This document shows, one piece after another, positions 39,040 to 52,050 of a stretch of 64,000 nt of DNA. Position numbers and translations under genes: made by a program. The stretch lies in contig OZ336882.1 of assembly GCA_965287045.1 (NCBI GenBank), forward strand, positions 81,158,001 to 81,222,000, read 5' to 3'. Each line of letters starts with the position of its first letter. Position 1 is the stretch's first letter. The notes beneath the pieces were generated by a model. The model was not told the DNA's origin. It searched no databases and saw only the letters and a list, made by a program, of their open reading frames with translations. This DNA comes from Carcharhinus amblyrhynchos (Eukaryota).

Positions 39040-40380
39040 GGGTCCAACAGGTCTGACTGCTATAGGTGGTACATATGGTGTAAGAAAGTACCTTCAGTTT
39101 AAATTTTGTGGTGTAATGCAGCATGTAAAGTTCCTGTTAGTACCTGTGGTTTGCATAGGCACTGCGATTTTAAGGCAGTGCACGCAGTGAGCTACTCCCT
39201 TTCGAGTCAGTGAGCATCTGCAGTGTTAGGCAGATCCTGTGGTGTAACGCAGTAGCTGCAATATCTGTAGTGCACATCATTCGCCGTGGTGCAAGGCAGT
39301 GCCTGTTGTGAAGTACAATTCCTGCGGCAGAAGACGATGTCTTGTTTGCAAGAAAGTAGCTTCGGTGTAAAAACTGTTCAACGATGCAGTATCGGTTGTT
39401 CAAGGTAGTACCTTTGGCTCGAGTTAGTATTGTGGTGTAAGAAACCAACTGCGTTTTCAAGGAGAACCTGTGGTGTGAGACGTTGGCTACGGAGTTAGAC
39501 AGAAACTGTGCTGTAACCAGAAACTGTGGTGTTAGGCCGTTTCTGCGGTGTAAGGCAGAACCATTGGTGTAAAGCATATCCGTTCTATAAGGAAGAACAT
39601 GAGAGGAATGGCAGTAGTTGTGCTGCGGTGCATCGCCTGGGCGTAAGACAGAACCTGTGGTGCAAGACAGTGCTTGCAATGCAATGCAGTATCTACGGTT
39701 TCCGGCTGTGTAAGCAGTTCCCTGCGGTGTACCTGTTGTGTAAGGAAGTAGTTTAAGTGAAAAGCAGCATCTTTGGTGCAAGGTCGCATCTGTGGTATTA
39801 TGCAGTATTATGCAGTATTATCTGGTATTACGTTCAGGGTAATACATGCGGTGTAATGTGGTACCTGTGGTATAAGGCAGTCTGTGGTACAAGGCAGCCA
39901 CTGTGGTTTAAGGAAGAAACTGAGGTGTATGCATTGCCTGCAAGTTAAGGCAGTGATGTGTAAGGTAGCGTCGGCGTTATCAGGCAGAAGCCGCAACATA
40001 CGGCAGAACTGTGGTTCAAGGTAGTGCCTGCAATGCAGGGCGATTCCTGTCGTGCAATAAATTACCTGTGCTGGAAGGTGGTACATCTGGTTCAAGGCTG
40101 TATCTGCGGTGAGCCTGCGGAGAAAGTATAAGATAGCCCCTGTGGTGTGAGCAAGACCTGCTGTGTAATGATATTCCTGTTGTGTAGTCAGTACCTGCTG
40201 TGTAGGCACGACCTACGGTGCAACGCAATTCCTGCTGTTTAAGTCAGGACTGCGGTGTAAGGTGGTTTCTGCGGTGTAGGATAGAACCTACAATGTAAGG
40301 CAATAGATGCGCTGCAAGGCAGTGCCTGCGATGCATCGTAGTACATGCGGCATAAGGCATTGTGTGCCCTGTACGGCAGC
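39040..40380. repeat. Degenerate ~19-bp minisatellite array, about 1.3 kb, directly 3' of gene 3
   Basis: Many variants of ggcagtacctgtggtgtaa, e.g. gtacctgtggtataaggcag and ttctgcggtgtaaggcag. Confidence 0.85.
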
Positions 40381-40611
40381 TAGGGCTGATGAGAACCCAT
40401 TTTACTCCACTGTGGAATGATATCATTCGTGTTTTCTGTGCACACTGATTCGGCGAAGCCGCTACAGAAGGAAACACCAAAACATACTGGCGAATAGCAG
40501 TAGGCATCAGAAGATACAACAAAGAATGGTACAGTGCTTCTGATGTCCATTATTTAAAAAGACGCATTATATTTTTGTGACAGCAAGGCCGGCATTCAAA
40601 CGTGTACTTCA

Positions 40612-41543
40612 CTACTGCCTGAACATGAGGGCTAGATTTAATTTTACGTATTTTCGCAACACCACAATTATTGTCCAAGGAGATTTCGCGACCTTCTTTA
40701 GCTCTTCCCTGAATTTAGCTTGTGTAGCTGCATAAATGCACGTGTTTGTGCATGAACTTAAATGCATGAGCAGTGTTCCCGTTTCGGTGGCGATATATGC
40801 AGCAGACGTGTAATCGGGCTGGAGATGAACGAGCATCCGACTGACTAAATAACTAATGACTCTTGTCGCCCACAACAATAGAAAGCTACTAGAAATAGCG
40901 AACAATAAAATAATGGACTTCCTTCGGTTCTGTATCTCTGGATCATTCTGATTGTCACTGTTTTGACCCCGGAGGCCCGCACGGGCTTTGCTGGACAACA
41001 AAATCCTTCTGATTGTCAAAAGATTCAATAGTAATATCAAAAAGAAGGGAATCCAGTTCAATAAGATACTTTGTAACAAGACGACTGCATCGCCAATTTG
41101 AGACGTATAAAAATCCTCGCTGGGGCGGACACCCCATTGAACACCATTCATTGTGCTTTTATGTTCAAATGCAAACCAAACATACAAGTTCTGTAAATAG
41201 ATAAGGACTGAGGCTGTTGTGAAAACTGCAGTCGCTGTTCTCGCTGTACAATAGATTGTTTTAAACTTCTGACTACATATAGCAACATAGCGGTCAACCG
41301 TGAATGAGACTGTAAACCATACTGACATATATAGGTTATTACAAAGCATATATATCATTAATTTACGAACAATAGTGTAGGAGAGGAATGAATTTGGAAA
41401 ACGTTTTATCAGAACGTAATACAGAATGACATTGATGAGCATCACCAACAAATCTGCTGTTGCCATGGCCACCATGTAGATCGAGACACATCTGGAAAGG
41501 CCGCAATTTCCTTTGGCGAGGATCACGATGGTCAGGAAATTCG
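40612..41543 (-). CDS. GPCR gene 3, coding exon 2; spliced product 333 aa, GPR139/GPR142-like
   Basis: Acceptor cattcttacag|CG; MVAMATAD, SVWFTVSFTVDRY, DPEIQNRRKS and SSCTNTCIY motifs; stop TAG. Confidence 0.92.
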
Positions 41544-42199
41544 CTGTAAGAATGAGAGAGAAGAGCCAAGTAATGGAAACAGTCTGGTAACACTCAAAGC
41601 ATACTTTAGCGAAATGTTTTGATGCACTTTTTCTCAGTTATGGACACGGACTCATTCTATTGTACAAGGGAGCAGAGGTGATATATTTATCGAAATAGAT
41701 CACCATAAACTCAATATTTAGGCACCTGCGATGTTGTTTCCATTGCAATAATTCAAATGTATTTTTTTCCACATGTTGAGGGGAGGTCGCCGGATTCAGT
41801 CTACAGAATGTTAATGGAAAGTTCTCCTCAGCACCACCCACAACAAAAGAACCCAAGTCTCAAATGGGATCAATTATGATTTCGGGGATTTGTATAAACC
41901 GGGTGATCTGGGATCAGCTTCCTTGCATCTATATCGATTTAATTACAGTAAGCATCAGCCCTGACACTGGTCTGAGACTCCATTCACCCTTAGTCGAAAT
42001 CGCACCTCCGACAACGTGCCCTAAGGAAAATCCCCAGAAAGGAAATTCCGGTTTGTTCAATACATTGAACATTTTGTCATTTCCTCAGTGAGTGTCCTAG
42101 GCTCAAACGCCTTCAGCTACTTCATATTGACTTTTCTTCCACTACAAGGGCAGAAGCGGGAATCATCATTGACGGCTGCACAATATATAGTATCACACG

Positions 42200-43145
42200 T
42201 GAGTCTTCAGATACTGAAGCAAACCGTGTCCAAAAGCAGCAAGATCTGGACAACATCCTGGTTTGGGCTAACAAGGGGCAAATAATGGCTTTGTCAAGCA
42301 ACTTTTAGGTAATGACTGCCTACATGAATACATAATCTAACCATTTCGCCTCGACATTCAATGCCATCACTGAGTCCTCAAGTATTATCATCAACCATAA
42401 ACACAACCTGAGCTGTGCGAGCCATGTGAAAAACAGTAAAGTTTAGAAACTCTCAGCGGGGCTGACAGCTTCCGTCGGGGAAGAAAACAATCCTTTTATT
42501 TAGCATTCCCGGATTCCAACATTCACTGTATTTTGCTTATTTTAGCAAATAAATAGTGACCACAGGAGCAGATCACCGGTTAGGAATCCAGCGGTTAATA
42601 ACAAACCTCTTTTCTTCCAAAATCCTGTGCACTGTTTATAAGTTGATGGAGTGATGGAATACTCTCCATTTACCTGCACGAGGGCAGCTCCAAAGACTCT
42701 CAAGATCTTCTCGACAATGCAGGGCGAAGCAGGCAGTTGGAATGCTAACCCGCCCATAAAATGTTAACTACCTCTAACGCAGACGCACTGTAGCAGCCCT
42801 GTGCAGCATTTACAGGAACTCACCTGACACCTTACACAGCATTATACAAAACCCTCGACCACTAGCATCTGGAAAATAACGGGCAACAGATACATGGGAA
42901 CGCCACCATCTTAATGCTCTCTCAAAGGCACGCACCAAACTGAGTGGAAAATATATCACTGTTCCTTCACTGCAATTGTGTCAAAATCTTGGAATTCTTT
43001 TTCTCCTTACCAACGCTGTGGGTGCACTTACAACTTGGACAGCAGCGAAACAGGAAGGCAGCTCACCACCCGCATCCGAAGGACAGCGAAGAATGAACAA
43101 TAAAGGACATCGATGCCCACATCACACAAATGAATAAAATAAATG
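42200..43145 (+). mobile_element. CR1/L2-group LINE 3' fragment in gene 3 intron, with nested short insert (~42430..42545)
   Basis: ggagtgatggaatactctccatttacctgcacgagggcagctcc; tail gaaggcagctcaccacc...cccacatcacacaaatgaataaaa. Confidence 0.7.
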
Positions 43146-43905
43146 CAACCAAACAAATGATTGATTTCTATACAGTAATTCTCTGTGCTGCAGCTCTGAC
43201 AACTAAATCCATCCACCACAAGGCTTGTGTCAGGTGATGCACCGACCAACAGCATAGTTAGCGGCGCGGCACCATGGGACAATGGATTGAATTTAGTGTC
43301 TTATGTTTACTTGTAGAGGGAGTATCTCAAGAGCTGCATCCAATATCAGGGGTGCTGAACGTAATATTCCAACATTACGGAAATAAGTCCTTCAAATAAA
43401 TCAGTGAGTTGAGGAAAAAACGATTGAAATTCATTCGAGACGTCGGATTCTATTATTCACCATGGGGCACAGAGAGGAAAATAGCGGAATGGGAAAACTG
43501 ATTTGCAGCTCTGGGAAGATCAGCAGCCTCCTGAGAACGATTTTTTCCTTGAAATGTTATCCAATGACTTTTGTTTTCTGGAGAGGCCGCATACCGAGGT
43601 ATTCTCATCTTAAAGGGGTAACAATACAGATTGTCACTGCAAATAATTCGCATACAGACCTATGAAATATTGGAAAGAAAAAGGATCAGCCTCGATCTCC
43701 GTAAATGTGGGGAGGGAAGTTAAACTCCAGAGGTCACATTCCTCTGAGCTGAAGCGCGGCTCACAGGCCATGCGAACCGTTGAGGCTCTCGCTGATATTC
43801 AACTGAGGAAAAACGTTGCAATAATGACCTTCTCGCATTCAGTTGCCGAATCAGTGAGCAGTGGGATACTTCGCAATTATGAGGCAACATAGTACATTGA
43901 CTTAC

Positions 43906-43975
43906 CAGGAGCACCAAAAGCTGCCAGCACAGGGTAGAAAAGTTCCTTGATCTCTATAATTAATGGGCGGGCCAT
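43906..43975 (-). CDS. GPCR gene 3, coding exon 1 (MARPLIIEIKELFYPVLAAFGAP)
   Basis: gcaATGG, 70 nt, donor CTG|gtaagt; in frame with exon 2 (G+CG=A, then N). Confidence 0.92.
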
Positions 43976-44040
43976 TGCGATTTCGAGAAGAATGCAAACG
44001 TTCCACTAGATGCACCGTTGTATGTAAGATTCGTAAATTC

Positions 44041-44052
44041 TCCCCTTTTGTA
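44041..44052 (-). promoter_or_regulatory. Putative TATA-like box TACAAAAGGGGA of gene 3
   Basis: About 66 nt upstream of the ATG; 11/12 match to the gene 2/4 motif. Confidence 0.45.
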
Positions 44053-45359
44053 CTGTAATACATTCCCTGAAGAGGAAAAAAAAATCAGGCGACGCACGGA
44101 TTGCGTCAGTTTCAGCAACTTAACGCAAAAGGTCCCTTTCCTCTGGAGGGAATCCTGGTTGGCCAATCGACACATTGTCAGTCCATGAAGCTCCGTCAAT
44201 AAACATGAGTGATCAGAAAGGAATCCCGGAGCACATGTGTTCAGCGCTGGTTCCCAGAAGACAGAATGGAACATCCCCGTGGACACAATGTTTGATTCTG
44301 CCAGCTTCATCATGTACTGGTTTAAACGCACGTATTTAATGCACAACTTACATGTATTTCGCTCCTGTTTCGCTAACTTTTCATTTGATGTGCATTGTGA
44401 CAATTAGTGATGAACTGACATTTTTATTTGTGACTATTATGTTACTTTCCCATGTCTTTGCTACAATCTCAATTGTAGGAAATAAACTACAAATTTGCCA
44501 TTAATGTTAATCTATCAATATCAATGCTAACTGAACTTAAATATGTGTGACCTACTGAATCATTACTTGAGGGGATACTATTTCAGAGTGTCCCGTGCCA
44601 ACCCGTAAAATATCGATTAGCTTTGCCACCCCCCGGACGCACCAGTAAGAATTTGAGACCCAGCGTTTGACACAGCTTAATGGTTACATTGCATCACTCT
44701 GAACGAGTGGCAGCAAGCTCCTGCTGGCGATTGATCTCAGTGCAGCCGAGCTGCAAAGAAAATCTCAGAGTGCTTTGAAGGTTTTTATTGACCTCAACTG
44801 AAACTTTACCGATTTGAGATTTCAATCCACCAACACGCCATGAAAATAGTTCCTTGCCGTGTGGACACGATATTTCGTCCAATGAAACTGTTTTTGCAGG
44901 AGTCTTCCCTGACCACTTGGCCAGTAATTAATTTGACCAAATATTTGTTGTCCCTGGACGAGCAATGCTTAACTCCCGAACCTTAAATTCAAATCGCTCG
45001 TGGCTACCCTGCTACTAATCTCAATCATGACTCCCACCCAAAGATTTCCTGAGATTTACTATTATCTTAGCATTTTAGGCATCACTCGAATTTGACATCT
45101 GGGTTTTCAATTGAATTGGTCTAAAATATCAAATCACGAATTTCTTTTCCCCCTTAACCATCTATAGCAACCCTTCATCTTTGAACAAGATTTTTTCGCG
45201 AGAGCTGATGCCTCCTTCCGTGGTCATGGTCAGTGTTTTTACCATGTTTTCTTTTGGTAACTCTCTTAAGGAAGATGGAAAGTTGGTTACTTTAATGACG
45301 CTTCAAAGACAAGCTGCTCTTGTGAAGAATAAAACCAAGTATATTTAACTCTACTTAGT

Positions 45360-45830
45360 GCATCATACGAACAAACGAATTGGGATCTGGACAATGCCCT
45401 TCAAAGTCTGCTCGCCCATTTAGCAAGTTTCAGGCTAACCTGGTTGTAACCACAATCCCACATTCCTCCCAACCCCTGATTAACTTTCACCCCCTCGATA
45501 CTCAAGAAAACATCTTGCTCTGCTTTAAAGTTATTCAAAGACTCTCCTTGGATTTGGAGAAAGAGACTACGAGTGGCACACGACCAACTGGGAGACAGAA
45601 ACAAAATCTCATTTCAGCCTTCATTCAGCGACCACTTATTTTAAGCTTGCACTTTCATTCAAGATTTTCTTGCAAGAAGAAATATCCTCTCCACCTTCAC
45701 TCATTCATGCCCCTCAGGGTGTGAAAGGTTTTGATCAAGTCACCCATTACTCCTGTCAGTTCTTCTGGATGCAAAGTTAACTTCTCCAATCTTCCATCAT
45801 TGAACGAGCCAATTATTCCTTGAACTCGTG
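45360..45830 (-). mobile_element. Old CR1 3' end
   Basis: catacgaacaaacgaattggg tail followed by gcccttcaaagtctgctcgcccatttagcaag, similar to the 3' UTR at 51301. Confidence 0.65.
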
Positions 45831-45839
45831 TAGACGACG

Positions 45840-48800
45840 ATCATTCTTTCAGCATTGAAAAAAATCATCTTCATTTGTCATTCAGGCGTTGTGCTGACCG
45901 TATGTGGAAGTCTCTAATGAGCATGATTTTCGCAGGATCCAGTGTAGTGAGGACAGGACAATGCGTCTTGCAGGTCGTGGACGGCACTTTTCTTACGGTT
46001 TTTGCGTGCCTTGTGCTTGACACTATCCGTTACCTCTCGAACGCTGATGCAATTGCGACAATTACACTTTTCCAGGCTCCGAGGTCCTGGGGAAATGTCT
46101 TGCATGAAGCATTGTCAATTTTAAAGCCCTGAATTATAAATTGCAATGTACCCTTGAAGCATTTCTTCTGAGCGCCACTGAAGCGTACTCCATTATTCCG
46201 TTCAGCACCGAAGATTTCAGAAGGAATTAGCTGTCTGGCATTCTGACGACTGCTTCAACTCATCAGAACATTTTTTCTAACAACATTGTGAAAAACCCTG
46301 ACCATACCGGGTCTTCTGACGACCTGTGTGTCTCGGAATATCTCCTGAGTCTGGATTTTGTGACGTTTGCTTCGGCAGCAAATGTAGAAGAGATGAATTT
46401 CACTGTGTGTCAATTGTAGCTGGTCCAGGTCTCGTTCGTGCAGAGAAGAATGGGGAGTGTGGTTGTTCAGTCGACTTTGAACTCGGCACTTAGCCTCATC
46501 CCTCCACTTCCGGTCATGAATAGCAACGTTTTTGTAATTTTGGCATTGGGCTTTTCACCCATCTGAGCATCGCGTGTGAAGTGCTGCGTATGTGGATGAA
46601 CTTGTCCACAGGCCGCAATTTCTGTTTGTTTACTCTCAATACTAGCTCTTCGTAGAGTTTTACTTGGAGCAGGTTCAAACATGTCTTCTTTGTATTGATA
46701 GTGAGACCAAACTTATTGAATGGAGCAGATCAACTATACATTGCCCACTGAAAGCATTTAGTGCATAGTCAGCAGCAAATGGAAATTCATGTAGTCTAGC
46801 ATGGAGGAGCTTGGTCTTGACATCGTGGCGTCGCAAATTGAAAATCTGGCTGTCTACTCCAGAGCTGATTTCTGTGTCTAATCCTTAGCCTCAATGGAAT
46901 CAATACGCACGGCTAAGAACATGATGCTCAAGAGGACCAGTGCAAAAACGCAGCGTTGTTACACTCCATTGATGACTGTGAACGGGACGGAAATCACATT
47001 GCCAAGGAGGAGGCGGCCCTGCATGCCATTGTGCAACTGTCGAACCATCTGATTGAGTTCGTCTGGAAACCCAAACTTTCTCATAATCTTCCAGAGCCCT
47101 TCGCTGCTGACAATTTCGAAGACTTGGCTCGATCGATGAATTGGTGCGTTGTTTAGCATTTTGTTTTGTGAATTTCTCCTGCATTTGGCGACAACAAATA
47201 CCATGCCGATGGTTTCAATTTTTTTTTCTTGATCCACACTGGCTCTCCGAAAAGAACCCTGCTCAGGTCTGTCGGTTTAGACGGATTTTGGCAAAGTCCT
47301 TTCCAGAAATAGCGGTATATAATCAGATGTGTTTGTCACAGGACTGTAGATTGACTTTATGTTTGCAGACGTGAGCGAAGAAGCAGTCACTGAAGGATTG
47401 TGGAAGGAGCCTTTGTGCCTTGTGAACTTCGGAGGTGGGTGGACTTTCTGAGCCTCTATGATGCGCCATATCTATAGATTTCTGCTGAATTTTGATCGTT
47501 TCCGGGGATTCGAAAGCTTTATCTCTTTCAAACAGTGTCGGTGGATTGCCCAGACAAGCGGTGGTATTGACCTGGGGATGTTTACCTATAACTTCATCAT
47601 TAATATGGGACAGTCAATTGAGAACGTTGTTGAAAGACGCAACCGTCTCGAACATCAGAAATTACACTGTGAGTAGTTTCGGCTCAGAAACGCTGAATAG
47701 CGGACAACAATTGTCTGGGTGAGCCCCAAGGGGCATACTGACAGATTCGTAGTGGTGTCCCATGTAATTTTTTGTCAGCACAGGCTTGTGTTTCATCTGC
47801 CTTTTGTCTCAGCCACTTGCCCTGCATTTCATGTAATCTGCCCTGTACTGTACTACGAATGGTGTTTTCAACAGTTCTTTTGCTTCAGGATTTCTCATTT
47901 AGGTATGCACTGTAGAATTTATATTTTTCTTCGAAAGGATGCCGGATTTCAGGGCCATTTTCATCAAAACAGTCCTGATGTTTTCACTTGGTGCGACCCA
48001 ATAATCATTAAGCTTTGACGTACACAGCACCCTGTCAGGAACTTTAAAGTTCCTCGATCTTGTCTTCGGGTTTCTGAAGGTCACTTGGCCGCCTTAGATC
48101 ATCAGTGAGCTGCAGTTTGATACGGTCGATCTTCAGCCTGGAGATTTTCAATCGTTCGGTGATCGTATTCCTTTGAGGGCGTCGCTGTAGCTAAATCTTC
48201 AGACATGTTTTGGAGATAACATATTTGTGCTTAATCCAACAGTCGCTGCCACACATGGTCTGAATCATCCTTACATCCTGTCTGCCATCCTTCCTGACAA
48301 TTATGTAGTTCACGAGGTTCCAAAGGCCAGCTATTGGGTTGATGCTTTCAGGATGTCTGAATTTGACATGGGAGCTAGAAAACTGCGCTGGTGAGCAGAG
48401 ACTGTGCTCAGCGTTAAATTGCAAGCGGAGCAGACAATTGCAATTGGTTTTGCCAAATGCGTTTTTCAGCATCACACCTCCCCAAGTTTGGTTATCTGTG
48501 CTGACTCTGACATTAAAGTTATCAATTTTTGTTCAACTTGTCCATGTCGCTATAGTCAGGAAGTGGGGTCTTCGCAGAATCCGCGTTGGATGAATTCAGG
48601 ATTGGTCCCTCTGGGGCGAAAGTACTGATGAACCATATTGTTTTGTTTTAGCTTCCTGCCAGTCACTGGGATCTTGCAGATATGAATCAGTCATTTTAAC
48701 TCTCTGGAAGGCTTGTCAAATTGTTCCCTAGTTCATTCTTTTTTTAATGCAAAACCCACACCAGCCTGGGGCCTGTCCTCCTTGGTTGAACAATTCCAGA

Positions 48801-49330
48801 ATAAAATGCATCCAACCCCTCTTTCCCTGAGTTGAAATTCCTCTGCCAGGCACATTTTGCTCAGTGCGGCAAAGCCAACTTTGAATTGGGATGGATATCT
48901 GCCCAGGAGGCCAGTTTTCCTGTTCTGGTCTATCAGCTTGGCTGTTGCCTTAAAGAATGCGTACATTCGTCGCACCAGAACTGAGATTTACCACATTTGT
49001 TTTCTTCCTCTTTCTGACAATGCTGCCGCTAAAGTGGCAGGTACACCAAAGCGGCTTTTGCAATTCACGCAATTTTGGTGGTCATCCTTCCTAGCTCCTA
49101 ACTCGGACGTCGTTTTTGAGCAGTGCTGTCTTGAAAAGAGCTACTCAGTCCCTCAACTCTTTAAACGCTGCTTCGCTTCAGTGAAAGGTCACCCCATGGC
49201 CTGAGCCACCTACAGGCAGGTTCACAGCTACAGCTACCAATGTATCACTGGAACTGCTTTGTCCCTTACTCCCGGGGACTTGAGATTGGAATGATAGAAA
49301 TATGGAGACAATGTCTGCGTGAAAGAAATA
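45840..49330 (-). mobile_element. Decayed near-full-length RTE-clade (BovB-like) LINE
   Basis: Endonuclease remnant FAALSKMCLAEEFQLRERGVGCILFW...AGVGFALK (48733..48975); RT remnant SEGLWKIMRKFGFPDELNQMVRQLHNGMQGR...PFTVINGV (46959..47237). Confidence 0.85.
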
Positions 49331-51300
49331 GATTCGTTACATGTGCTCATTTCAGAGGACTGAGGAATTTATCAAAGCACCTCGATGACAACTCACTCTG
49401 CGCCAAATTCAAGACATATATTGTGTAAATTTCCCGTCATTGAGGACTGCTGCAGAAAAAAAAAACTGACTTTAGCTATATATTTATATCACCGCTGAGA
49501 ACATTAAGGTGTTCGTTATCTCTGGGAAACCTAGCAAAAATATTATTATCATGGAGCAGAGAAAGTAATTTTCAAGGGATCAACATTGGCATTTCAAACA
49601 GGCTTGAAATGAACATTTCCCATCGACATTAGAGCGAATTGACAGTTTGCGCATTCTCCAGTTTATAGACACCGCATCTGACGTCGAACAACACATGAGT
49701 GTTACTTGAGTTCGATGTCACATCTGAACGTAAAAGGAAAAAAGTGGCTATGACATAGATTATGTTAAAACAACAATTATACTATCATAAAGGATTCAAG
49801 CTGTGCTGCAGATATGACAGAATTGAGACCTCAGATTGATTTTGTGGCAGTGCTGCAGTGCCAATGCTGATTCCAGTCGACGAACCGTGAATCCGAATCC
49901 ACAATTTGAGAATGGTCACCGTGCTGCAGCCCTGTGTCATCGCGTTGATTACAATGTGTGTGCTTTGAATATGCTTTGGGCTCCTTCCTCAGGCGGAAAG
50001 AATAAACGATGCTGATCAGAGCTCAGCATCACGACTCAATACAACTCCTTAATCCAAACACTTTAAATAGAATGAAACATTCAGATTGTATTCGAGAGTG
50101 AAAATGCAAGTACGAGTGCACCAGTCCGCTTCGTGAGCATTGATATGATTTTTTGTTCAATTGTCCAACCGTTTCTTGCTTTGAAATTCACACAAATGGT
50201 TGCAAGGCATCTATTAAAGACATACCTCACGGTTATTATTCTGGGTTACGTAACTAGTGCATGTTAAGATCTTTTTGAATATTATGAACAGTTCATTGCT
50301 ACACGTCTCCCTCATTCATCCTTCGCCGACATCCATCTAGTTGCGTATAACATAATTGTATGATTCTCAAAATTCACTCCATATAATACCAATTTGCATT
50401 TTCTTTTCCAATATCGATTACATGTCTCAGTATATTATGTTTCCACTGCCAAACAGATCAAATTGCTGCTAGAAAGATACTTTTATTTTTTGAATAATAT
50501 AATTGTAATTCACCCAATTGTTGTGTTATACATATTGGTCTTCTCCTTCATCGTTACTGTCAATTAAAATTGTGATTTGCAAATCATTTATTTTCACAGT
50601 TATCAAACGATTCTGTTTCTCTTTCTCTTGATGTGTGAGCATCAAATTCTATGTCTTGAAATAAATTGCGTATTAATCCTGAAACTGACCCCGATGCATG
50701 GTCCGCTCTGGACCCTGTTGATTTAATATGACTATTCTTCACTATTTAATCGGAAAAGGTGAGCGATGAAAAATGCCACAAACTGACAAAAAACAATAGT
50801 CATAATACTGACAAATTAGGGTCGTTCTTTTTTGCAGTTGGCTTAGTCGTGTTGTAATCCAATAGTAGCAATGCAGGCACCGAACGTATATTCTGGAGTT
50901 CTGGGTGTGAATGCCACCACGTTGCAGAATTACAAACCAATATTCTATTTTTTTTTCAAAAAAACAGTGATCACCATGAATGGATTGTCATAAATACCTG
51001 TCCGCTTCTCTGATGCAAAAAGGGAAAGAAACATCCTCACCCGCTGTCGTCTGCATGCCAGTCCAGACATGCAGCAACATATTTGACTCTTAACTGCTCT
51101 CTGAAGAACGATTTGCCATTACTAGAAAATTATGATTTCTACCAGCAGCTTCCCAATCCCATAACTGAATAAAAACGGATGCTCACCTTCAAATCAGCCC
51201 CCAAGTCCTCCTCAATTACATCATGTCCGTCTTTCCAATGGCGTCATGCCCCGTCCACCATCATCCGTTTTTATGCATTGCACTCTCCATAACCAGTTTA

Positions 51301-52050
51301 AGAACATAAGAACATAAGAACATAAGAAATAGGAGCAGGAGTAGGCCATCTAGCCCTTCGAGCCTGCCCCGCCATTCAATAAGATCATGGCTGATTTGTC
51401 GTGGCTCAGTTCCACTTTCCCGCCCTCTCCCCATAACCCTCAATCCCTTCTCCTATCAAAAACCCATCAACCCGCTTCTTAAAAATATTTAGCGAGGCAG
51501 CCTCCACCACTTCAACGGGCAGAGAATTCCAGAGATTCACCACCCTTTGAGTGAAGAAGTTCCTCCTCAACTCCGTTCTAAACCGCCTCCCCTTTATCTT
51601 GAGGCTGTGCCCCCTAGTCCTACTGTCTTTTTTGAGCGGGAAGAGTCTCTCCACCTCTATCCTATCCATCCCATTCATCATCTTATACGTCTCAATGAGA
51701 TCTCCCCTCATTCTTCTAAACTCTAACGAATACAAGCCTAGTTTATTCAGCCTCTCCTCATAGCTCAATCCCCTCAACTCCGGTATCAGCCTAGTAAACC
51801 TCCTCTGCACTCCCTCCAGGGCCAAAATATCCTTGCGCAGGTGCGGCGCCCAAAACTGCACACAGTACTCCAGCTGCGGCCTCACCAATGCCCTATACAG
51901 CTGCAGCAAGACCTCCCTACTTTTATATTCAATCCCCCTCGCTATGAAGGCCAGCATCCCATTCGCCTTCCTGACCACCTGCTGCACCTGCAAGCTGGGT
52001 TTTTGCGACTCATGCACAAGGACCCCGAGGTCCCTCTGCACCGTCGCCTG
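51301..52050 (-). mobile_element. Young 5'-truncated CR1 insertion specific to copy B
   Basis: Clean (agaacata)3 tail; uninterrupted ORF2 C-terminus ending ...GYGERAGKWN*; absent at the homologous site 17750/17751. Confidence 0.95.

Noticed and set aside
39040-40522. CRISPR-like array or repetitive-protein ORFs (39170..39781, 39808..40209)
   Set aside because: Units are contiguous and degenerate with no unique spacers or cas genes; eukaryotic context; the 19-bp period is not codon-phased.
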